DNA from: Pseudomonadota bacterium
GTDB taxonomy: Bacteria; Bdellovibrionota; FAC87; UBA2466
Assembly: GCA_043767805.1 (NCBI GenBank)
Contig: JAYUGC010000185.1
Coordinates: 1 to 20,890, forward strand
DNA length: 20,890 bases
Direction of reading: 5' to 3'
Shown here: in pieces, positions 9,429 to 16,157 of the stretch
Position numbering within the stretch: position 1 is the stretch's first letter
Layout of the letters: each line of letters starts with the position of its first letter
Notes under the pieces: model-generated
What the model was told of the DNA's origin: nothing
What the model saw: the letters and a program-made list of their open reading frames with translations, nothing else
Databases searched by the model: none
Program-made: the position numbers and the translations under genes

Positions 9429-10237
9429 AGGTCATTTCTTTTTCGAGTGGTAAGGGCGGGGTCGGTAAGACCACGCTCGTCGCGAACCTCGGCATGCTCT
9501 ACGCGAGCATGGGCCGCAAAGTGCTTTTAATCGATGGAGATTGGACCCTCGGTAAGCTCACCATTGCCCTCGGCGTGCGCCCTAAATGGACCGTCGAGCA
9601 AGTTTTGAGCGGCGAGATTTCCATGACCGATGCCATTCATCCGGTGCGGGAGAACTTATCGGTACTCGCGTCTCCGACGGGAGTGGTGGGACTCGAAGAG
9701 CTCGACGAAGCAAAACGCAATCAGCTCTTTTTCGAGATCGAAGGCTTGGGCGAAAACTACGATCTCGTTCTCATCGATCATTCCTCGGGCATAAATTGGG
9801 GCGTGCTGCAGTTTGCTGCCGCGGCGCATAAGCAAGTGATTGTTACGACTCCCGAGCCCACGGCCTATACGGACGCCTATGCTATAATCAAATTACTCCG
9901 CAAACGTTTCAGCATCCGCGATTTCAGTCTCCTGGTGACCTTTAGCGACAACCGGGCGGAGACCGCGGGCATTCTGGATCGGTTTACGGACGTGGTTTAC
10001 GGAAACTTGGACGTTCGGCTTCGGCTCCTCGACATTCTGCCGTGGGAGCCGCGGCTAGCCGAGTGCATCCGTCGCCAGCAGCCTTTTGTCGAACGGTTCC
10101 CTAGCGCCCCGCTAACGGCGCGTTTGAAGCAGGTTTGCGGCAGTCTCGATCGAGCTCCGGTCGCCGAGACGCACGGGCTTCGCTTCTGGTCCAACGGACG
10201 CCCCACGGAAAAATCCTCCGACGTGCCGATAGGCTAG
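9425..10237 (+). CDS. flhG: MinD-like flagellar number regulator FlhG (FleN)
   Basis: Deviant Walker A SGKGGVGKTT; VTTPEPTAYTDAYAIIK motif; between flhF and fliA; ATGA overlap with the flhF stop. Confidence 0.9.
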   Translation: MKVISFSSGKGGVGKTTLVANLGMLYASMGRKVLLIDGDWTLGKLTIALGVRPKWTVEQVLSGEISMTDAIHPVRENLSVLASPTGVVGLEELDEAKRNQLFFEIEGLGENYDLVLIDHSSGINWGVLQFAAAAHKQVIVTTPEPTAYTDAYAIIKLLRKRFSIRDFSLLVTFSDNRAETAGILDRFTDVVYGNLDVRLRLLDILPWEPRLAECIRRQQPFVERFPSAPLTARLKQVCGSLDRAPVAETHGLRFWSNGRPTEKSSDVPIG

Positions 10238-10272
10238 AAGAGCTCGGCTTTCGTTTCTAAACGCTTTAACGA

Positions 10273-10288
10273 CTCTTAAGCTTAAGAG
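10273..10288. promoter_or_regulatory. Perfect 16-bp palindrome overlapping the fliA ribosome-binding region
   Basis: CTCTTAAGCTTAAGAG is its own reverse complement and ends 6 nt before the fliA ATG (10295). Its function is not demonstrated. Confidence 0.45.
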
Positions 10289-10294
10289 AGAGAC

Positions 10295-11080
10295 ATGCCA
10301 ACCACCACCACCCAAAAGAAAAAGTACAAGGATGGGCCCCGAAAGATCGATCGGCGGACCAAGGAAAAGCTCATTCTCGAGTACGCGCCTCTCATCAAGT
10401 TCATCGCCCAAAAGATCGCGGTGCGCTTGCCCTCCAATATCGAGTTCGACGATTTAGTGAGCTCGGGCGTCATCGGCCTGATGGACGCCATCGACAAGTA
10501 CGACCCGACTCGCGACAACAAGTTCAAGACCTACGCTGAGTTTCGTATCCGCGGCGCCATCTTGGACGAGCTGCGCGCGCAGGACTGGGTGCCTCGTTCC
10601 ATCCGTGAAAAGGCCAAGCAGCTGGAGCGCACTCACGTGCGTCTCGAGCAAAAGCTCGGCCGCGTTCCCACGGAAGACGAGGTCATCGATGAGCTGAAGT
10701 GCTCGAAAGACGAGTACTACGATCTGCTCAATCAGGTGAAATCGGTCTCGATTTTGAGCCTGGACGAGGCGGGAAGCTTCAATAGCAGCGATCGCAAGAG
10801 CATTTTGAGCCTCCTAGAGAGCTGCAAGATCCCCAGCCCCATGACGCAGCTCAACTTCAAAGGCGTAAAAGAAGTCGTCACAAAGGCGATAGAAGGGCTT
10901 CCCGAGAAGCAGCGCCTTGTATTAAGTTTGTATTACTACGAGGATCTCAATCTCAAGGAGATTGGGGAAGTCCTCGACGTAACGGAGAGCCGGGTCTCGC
11001 AGCTCCACACTCAAGCCATTCTTTGGCTGAGACGGAAACTGCGATCCCACTTTGAAGGCGATGGCGGACCAAACATGTAA
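10295..11080 (+). CDS. fliA: RNA polymerase sigma-28 factor FliA
   Basis: FKTYAEFRIRGAILDELRAQDWVPRS (region 2) and LYYYEDLNLKEIGEVLDVTESRVSQLH (region 4). Confidence 0.98.
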   Translation: MPTTTTQKKKYKDGPRKIDRRTKEKLILEYAPLIKFIAQKIAVRLPSNIEFDDLVSSGVIGLMDAIDKYDPTRDNKFKTYAEFRIRGAILDELRAQDWVPRSIREKAKQLERTHVRLEQKLGRVPTEDEVIDELKCSKDEYYDLLNQVKSVSILSLDEAGSFNSSDRKSILSLLESCKIPSPMTQLNFKGVKEVVTKAIEGLPEKQRLVLSLYYYEDLNLKEIGEVLDVTESRVSQLHTQAILWLRRKLRSHFEGDGGPNM

Positions 11081-11984
11081 AGCGGCCGAAACTTCCGAGT
11101 CTGAAGTCCGGGAGTTTCTGTCTTATTTGGCCACCGAGAAAGGCCTCGCCGGAAATACGCTTTCCGCCTATCAGCAGGACATGAATGATTTTCTCGCCTT
11201 CTGCCGGGTGAAAAAATTTCCGTGGCTCACGCCTTCGCTCAAGCAGCTTCGCAATTACCTGGCTCACCTCAGAAAGCTCGAGCTCTCGGAGCGATCCATC
11301 GCCCGCCGGGCCTCGACGCTGCGCCAGTTTTACCGTTTTTTGCTCCGTGAAGACAAAGTCGAAAGTAATCCCGCCGATTTGCTCCTGGTGGTTCGCAAGG
11401 GAAGAAAGCTTCCCAAGCATCTGACGGTCGACGAAGTCTTTCGTCTCCTGGCCGCGGCCAAAGGCACCACGGAGGGCGAAGTGCGGGATAGAGCGATGCT
11501 CGAGTTCTGGTACGCCACCGGCTGCCGCGTCTCGGAGCTAGCGAATTTGAAAGCGAGCGGCATCGACTGGGCGGACGCGGTCGTGAAGCTCACCGGAAAA
11601 GGCGGGCGCGAACGGCTCGTCCCCATTACCCGCGACGCGGTGGACTGGGGCAAGAAGTACCAGGCCTTGCGCCATGAGGCGCTCCGCCGGCACAATCTGA
11701 AAGAGACCGAAGTGTTCTTTCTGACTCGCCGGGGCGAAGGTTTTACGCGGCAAGGGATGTGGAAAATCGTGAAGCTCTACGCGGTGAAGGCGGGGATCAC
11801 CAGAAACGTCTGGCCCCACATGATCCGCCACTCCACGGCGACCCACGTTCTGCAAGGCGGCGCGGATTTGAGATCGGTTCAGGAACTACTCGGGCACAGA
11901 TCGATTGCGACCACGGAAATCTACACGCATCTCGACCCTGAAAATCTCAAGACCATGCAGCGGAAATACCATCCGCGTTCTTAA
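11061..11984 (+). CDS. xerD: Site-specific tyrosine recombinase, XerD type
   Basis: Full catalytic set: R (TGCRVSEL), K (GKGGRER), HxxR (PHMIRHS), H (LLGH), Y (TTEIYTH). N-terminal EKGLAGNTLSAY and C-terminal YHPR are typical of XerD. ATG 11061 (GAAGG upstream) is preferred over TTG 11052. Confidence 0.85.
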   Translation: MADQTCKAAETSESEVREFLSYLATEKGLAGNTLSAYQQDMNDFLAFCRVKKFPWLTPSLKQLRNYLAHLRKLELSERSIARRASTLRQFYRFLLREDKVESNPADLLLVVRKGRKLPKHLTVDEVFRLLAAAKGTTEGEVRDRAMLEFWYATGCRVSELANLKASGIDWADAVVKLTGKGGRERLVPITRDAVDWGKKYQALRHEALRRHNLKETEVFFLTRRGEGFTRQGMWKIVKLYAVKAGITRNVWPHMIRHSTATHVLQGGADLRSVQELLGHRSIATTEIYTHLDPENLKTMQRKYHPRS

Positions 11985-12019
11985 GTCTTTTAAAAATTCC
12001 CTCAAATATGGAGTCAATT

Positions 12020-12853
12020 ATGAAACGGGCCTTGTTTGCCTTGGTGTCTTTGGCGTTGTCGGGTTGTTTCCTCGATCAGCATAAACCTGGTCCGGGAACT
12101 CAGCCTGCGAGCGGTGGCGTTCAAGGAGTCATCGCCGTCGAAGACGTCAAAGGACCGAACACGGGCGCCCAGTTCGTCGGTCTATTTGCCCGCCAAGCCG
12201 AAAAGTCGGGAGTCGTTTCGCGAGTGACCTCTCGCCCCGAACAAAGTCAGTGCAACATCAAGAGAAAGACGCTTGCCGCGGCCTCTGGTCTCATCTCCGT
12301 GGGCCAGCTCTCTTTCGGCACGGCTTTACAAAGCACCCATCTTCTCGTCGAAGAAAACGAGAATCACCAATACAAGCGTACCCTCAATGCCGATTTCCCC
12401 GCCGGCACCTACCATGTGGCAGCAGTGGGAGTATCGGGCATCCCGGGCTTTCAGGAGTATTTGCAGATGCCGGAAGCTCTCCAAGACGTGACCGTAAACG
12501 GCCAGGCGTTCGGATCTTCCTCGGTGCTCATCCGTAAGTCCGACGAACTGGTCGCGAGCTGGCGCCAGCCGGCCGTGCCCAACGCGGAACAAGTCGTAGT
12601 GCTCGACGTCGAGGCGAAGACCGCGACCGAGCTGATCACGCTCCATTGCATCGGTATCGAGAGCTCTTTCGCCGTGTCCGGCGGAAATTACGTCTGGCAC
12701 ATTCCTTCGTCCAAGCTTGCCGAGATCCCTGAGATGAAAAACGCGTTCGTCTACTTCGTCCGGGCCATCGTGAAGGACTCCAAGAGCACTTATCTCGATC
12801 TTCAATTGCAGGGCTTACGTACCTGGTACACCGAAGCGGAAGTGGGAGGCTGA
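12020..12853 (+). CDS. Hypothetical lipoprotein, beta-strand rich
   Basis: MKRALFALVSLALSG|C lipobox; GGAG SD at 12010-12013 supports ATG 12020 rather than 12008. Confidence 0.8.
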   Translation: MKRALFALVSLALSGCFLDQHKPGPGTQPASGGVQGVIAVEDVKGPNTGAQFVGLFARQAEKSGVVSRVTSRPEQSQCNIKRKTLAAASGLISVGQLSFGTALQSTHLLVEENENHQYKRTLNADFPAGTYHVAAVGVSGIPGFQEYLQMPEALQDVTVNGQAFGSSSVLIRKSDELVASWRQPAVPNAEQVVVLDVEAKTATELITLHCIGIESSFAVSGGNYVWHIPSSKLAEIPEMKNAFVYFVRAIVKDSKSTYLDLQLQGLRTWYTEAEVGG

Positions 12854-12855
12854 TC

Positions 12856-13344
12856 ATGCGAGTGCTTTGGCTTACCATCCTTTGGTTCGTGGGCTTATGG
12901 ACCGTGCTCGCCGTGGGAGCCGATTCGCCGGGAGAGGGGGCGTTGCCGGCTATCCATTTGGTACGGATTAATGATCCCATCGGTATGCAGGGCTACGATC
13001 TGCAGTGCGCGAAAGCGCTGAGTGAGAGCGCCGAGCCCGAGTGCACCGTTACCGAAGTAAAAGCTTCGAAGACCGTGCTGAAGACTACCTTGCCGGTGGA
13101 CCGGGCTCGAAAACTCGCGGCGGCGTTTCTCGGGCAAATGCCCCGAGAGAAGATCTACGATGCCAAACGAAAGAAAGACGTCGACCCCCCGGTGGCCGAT
13201 GTCCTTCTCGTTTGGAACGTCCGCTTGGGAGAAAAGGGCTCGGAAGGTTTTCTGAAGCGAAACCCCACCGAAGCCGAGCACGACGGAAATCTCAAGCGTG
13301 CCGTGCTCCTTCTGGAGTCGGAGCTCGGTCAAGACGAAGAGTAA
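12856..13344 (+). CDS. Hypothetical exported protein
   Basis: Starts 2 nt after the upstream stop with a GGAGG SD; hydrophobic N-terminal signal ending AVGA; two Cys in the mature part. Confidence 0.7.
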   Translation: MRVLWLTILWFVGLWTVLAVGADSPGEGALPAIHLVRINDPIGMQGYDLQCAKALSESAEPECTVTEVKASKTVLKTTLPVDRARKLAAAFLGQMPREKIYDAKRKKDVDPPVADVLLVWNVRLGEKGSEGFLKRNPTEAEHDGNLKRAVLLLESELGQDEE

Positions 13345-13350
13345 CTCGTT

Positions 13351-14694
13351 TTATCGCGCGCGGCCGGTTTGCGGAAGGATCCGCGAAGCCAGTCGTGTGA
13401 GTCCGGGAGAGCACTGCTTCGTCGCGGCCTCGTTCGGGCCAGCGAAATAGTTCGAGAACGCGGCTCGCCACTCAGGCGTCATCGCGCTCGCGTGGGAGCT
13501 ATCGGCCTTGGCTAGAATCGGTAGAAGCTCTTTTTGTAGACGCGCCACCTTGCCGAACTCCGCGCTCGAGAGACGGCCCGCGAGGCTCGGCAAAAGGACT
13601 TCGCGCCAGAGCCGGGCCGCGAGCTTCGGGCTCACGTTATCCGGAACTTCATTGAAAAGCGCTTTGGCTTCTTCCACGGTCGTCGCCCGGGCGAAACGGT
13701 TCGCCCACCGAATGACTTCGTTTTGAGCGGGAGCCGCGGTTAGCTTCGTGAAGCTCTTCGAAAAATGCTTTCGCAATTCGAGAAGCGTTTTAGCATCCCC
13801 GGACCTCCCGAGATGATTGAGTAGTAGCGCCGCCTTGATCTGCGACGGGATCGACTTGTCTTTACCCAGTGCCGCCACGAGAGGCTCGTTGACATTCTGG
13901 GCTTTGAGCTGCTTTTTCAGCGAGGACCAAGTGAGCCGTTCTTTCGCGAGTCCCAATTTCTGCAAGAGGTGGTCGAAATGCCCGGGATCCGCCGCGACGA
14001 TGGCGCTCTGGATGCCGCCCGCTTCTTTCAAGATCGGAAGCACGAGGTCCGTCCCAAAGCGAACGCCCAGAGCCTCGCGAGCCTTTTGCCGGGCCGCTTT
14101 GATAGCGTCATAGGTCGCGGGATCGGGATACAGGGCTCTCAAGCGTCCTTCCACCGCACGTTGTTGCATCGCATAGATGGTTCCGAAGAGGATCGGCTGA
14201 TAGGGGACCACCACTGAGATGGGAATCAGAAAGGGAAGGCCGACCTGAGCCAGCACCGCGGGAACGACGACGTCCATGGCGGTTCCCAAAACGATGCCCG
14301 CGCCCGCGGCGACGCCGTGCCGGCGCCCCAGGTTCATGGCCGAGCCACCGAGTTTTTTCGCGGAAGCGACCAGGTTTGAAAACGACAGCTTTTGAAGCAA
14401 GGCTTTGGCCCTCTCCTGGAACTTGAGCGGCGTCTTCGCCGGAAACTCAGTCGACAAAATCTTTTCGCTCGTGGCGCGCAAAAGTTTTTCGAGCTCACCA
14501 TCGGTCAGCTCTCCCTTGTCGGCCTGGGAGTCCGCCTGGGTCTCCAATTCCATGAGAATCGACTGCACGCGCGTCGCGATTTCGACTTCGGTGAGTTGCT
14601 CGCGGGTCAGGTACTGGTCTTCGGCCCGTGCTTTGAAGGGAGCCGCGATGGCCGCGAGCAATAGAAGCAGCGTGACGTAGGATTTAACTTTCAT
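13351..14694 (-). CDS. Hypothetical exported/membrane protein, mostly helical
   Basis: 447-aa ORF with a Sec signal (MKVKSYVTLLLLLAAIAAPFKARA|) and an internal long Gly/Ala/Pro-rich hydrophobic segment; GGGGG SD-like sequence upstream. Confidence 0.8.
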   Translation of the reverse strand: MKVKSYVTLLLLLAAIAAPFKARAEDQYLTREQLTEVEIATRVQSILMELETQADSQADKGELTDGELEKLLRATSEKILSTEFPAKTPLKFQERAKALLQKLSFSNLVASAKKLGGSAMNLGRRHGVAAGAGIVLGTAMDVVVPAVLAQVGLPFLIPISVVVPYQPILFGTIYAMQQRAVEGRLRALYPDPATYDAIKAARQKAREALGVRFGTDLVLPILKEAGGIQSAIVAADPGHFDHLLQKLGLAKERLTWSSLKKQLKAQNVNEPLVAALGKDKSIPSQIKAALLLNHLGRSGDAKTLLELRKHFSKSFTKLTAAPAQNEVIRWANRFARATTVEEAKALFNEVPDNVSPKLAARLWREVLLPSLAGRLSSAEFGKVARLQKELLPILAKADSSHASAMTPEWRAAFSNYFAGPNEAATKQCSPGLTRLASRILPQTGRAR

Positions 14695-14744
14695 GGCAGG
14701 CCCCCAGATTCACGGCGTACGCGCCGCTCTCGCCGGAGCCCTAC

Positions 14745-14760
14745 TGCAAGGTTTTGGCCG
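14745..14760 (-). promoter_or_regulatory. Candidate sigma54 promoter for the 447-aa minus-strand gene
   Basis: Minus strand reads CGGCCA-AAACC-TTGCA: the invariant GG-N10-GC spacing and a perfect TTGCA, with an imperfect -24 hexamer; 50 nt upstream of the ATG. Confidence 0.4.
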
Positions 14761-14874
14761 TAGACAGAAAGGCTACATTCAGGCTGGGCTCGTGCCTGTG
14801 GCCTCACGCTCCGACGAATAAGAAAGGAACGATTTGCCGAATTCCGTCCCGTCCCTTGCCAGACCCCATTAATA

Positions 14875-14894
14875 TGATAATGAGTATCATTATT
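14875..14894. promoter_or_regulatory. Fur box (ferric uptake regulator family operator)
   Basis: 14876-14894 GATAATGAGTATCATTATT matches GATAATGATAATCATTATC at 16/19. 14875-14889 TGATAAT-G-AGTATCA matches the 7-1-7 core with one mismatch. It is an AT-rich island in GC-rich DNA, directly before genes of iron-related families. Confidence 0.85.
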
Positions 14895-14895
14895 G

Positions 14896-15555
14896 ATGTC
14901 GTTGCAAAGCAAATGGCGAGTCTTGTGTCTACTACTGCTCTGGGGGGCCGTGGCTTGCGCGGAGGAGCCCCGCCGCCTGGGAGCCAGCTATTTCCTATTC
15001 TTTGATGGCCCGGGTCTCGCGGGAACCGGGGACCAAACGCCCAACGTCTTGGGCTTGCCAGAAGATGACGGCCTATTCGCGAAGTTCGCCTATCAACCCA
15101 GCGGCAGCCGTTGGTCGGTTTTTAGTCTCGTCATGCCGAGGATTTTCTTCTATCGCGATCGCGGCGCGGCCGAGCCCCAGCTCCTGCGCGCGGGCTATAG
15201 CCCCGGCCTGAAGCCGGAGTTCGCGCTCTCCCTTTCGCCCTCTATCAATTACGACCTCGGCCGAAAGTTAGGCCTGCGGTTTGGAACCGAGTTCACCTAC
15301 CGAAAGCTAGTGCTCTCATCGTGGAATCCTTTCGACGGCAGCTTAAATGGATCGGACATCGCCTCTAAGGCGTGGCGTCTGGCTCCGGTTCCCGCCCAAG
15401 TGGGGCTTACTTTCGAGCCCGATGAGAGTCTCAACGTTTCGATCTTCTTTCAGGGGTTTCCGATCGCCGCGCAACGAGTCCGAAAGGACGGGGTGAGAGC
15501 GAGCTTCTCCGAGACGACCTCCGTCGGGATGTGGGTTAGCGGGGCCCTCCTATGA
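14896..15555 (+). CDS. Hypothetical exported beta-rich protein, possibly an outer-membrane barrel
   Basis: Signal peptide (..LLLLWGAVACA|) and multiple amphipathic, aromatic-rich beta-like segments (SINYDL, LGLRFGTEFTY, VGLTFE, VSIFFQG, SVGMWVSGAL); ATGA-coupled to the next gene. Confidence 0.65.
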   Translation: MSLQSKWRVLCLLLLWGAVACAEEPRRLGASYFLFFDGPGLAGTGDQTPNVLGLPEDDGLFAKFAYQPSGSRWSVFSLVMPRIFFYRDRGAAEPQLLRAGYSPGLKPEFALSLSPSINYDLGRKLGLRFGTEFTYRKLVLSSWNPFDGSLNGSDIASKAWRLAPVPAQVGLTFEPDESLNVSIFFQGFPIAAQRVRKDGVRASFSETTSVGMWVSGALL

Positions 15556-16157
15556 TCCGCCGTTGGCATCGGGTGCTCGCGCTTCTCACGGCTTTGCCTT
15601 TTCTGGTGATCGTTGTCACGGGATGCCTTTTGCAGACGAAGCAGTGGCTTTCCTCGCTTCAGCCGAAAAGTCAGAAGAGCCGGGCCGGGCCGCTCTCCCA
15701 ACCCATCGCTTGGGAGGCTTTGCTCAACGCGGTCAGAGGCGGCTCCTCTGCGAAGGACTGGAGCGATCTCGAAGTCGTCGACATCCGGCCGAAACTCGGC
15801 GTCGCCCGCGCCCGAACACGCGACGGCTTTGAAGTGCAGGTGGATCTTGTGACCGGCGAAGTCCTCAGCGCAGCCCCTCGCTACACCTCATGGTTAATCG
15901 AGCTTCATGAAGGAGCGTTTTTCGGGAAGATCGTCCAAAACGGTATTTTCGTTCCGTCCGCCTTCGCGCTGCTCGCGCTTGCCTTCACTGGCTTTTGGCT
16001 TTTAGCCCGTCACTACCTGAAACCTCGGAGAAAAAAAAGATCGCTTCCCCCACGGCTCTTCACGAGTTTCGCTTTGGACTGGAAACGGAGTACATCGTCC
16101 TCGACAAGGCTAAGGGGCAAGCTCTTTGGCACCCTGATTTCAGCTTCGAGAGACTGA
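15552..16157 (+). CDS. Small PepSY-associated TM-helix protein; C-terminal ~40 aa probably not part of the conserved fold
   Basis: RRWHRVLAL...VTGCLL (PepSY_TM helix), PepSY-like EVQVDLVTGEVL, WLIELHEG and ALAFTGFWL. The domain ends at about KPRRKK (16037) but the frame runs on into the next gene. Confidence 0.8.
   Translation: MIRRWHRVLALLTALPFLVIVVTGCLLQTKQWLSSLQPKSQKSRAGPLSQPIAWEALLNAVRGGSSAKDWSDLEVVDIRPKLGVARARTRDGFEVQVDLVTGEVLSAAPRYTSWLIELHEGAFFGKIVQNGIFVPSAFALLALAFTGFWLLARHYLKPRRKKRSLPPRLFTSFALDWKRSTSSSTRLRGKLFGTLISASRD

Noticed and set aside
10225..10232. GCCGATAG, a sigma28 -10-like element upstream of fliA
   Set aside because: No TAAA-like -35 at 15-nt spacing (CGGA is found there), and it lies within flhG coding sequence.
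449..11855. Many long antisense or alternate-frame ORFs over the flagellar genes and xerD (e.g. 449-1144, 1455-2144, 5226-5957, 7829-8332, 8370-9035)
   Set aside because: They are shadow ORFs of GC-rich coding sequence, fully overlap well-supported genes and show no recognisable motifs.
11052..12010. Tyrosine recombinase as a phage or island integrase with an att or dif site
   Set aside because: The protein has housekeeping XerD hallmarks and size; no tRNA, flanking direct repeats or dif-like sequence is visible.
14691..15005. ORFs 14691-14912 (-) and 14754-15005 (+) in the divergent intergenic region
   Set aside because: They run through the Fur box and promoter region and have no protein-like features.
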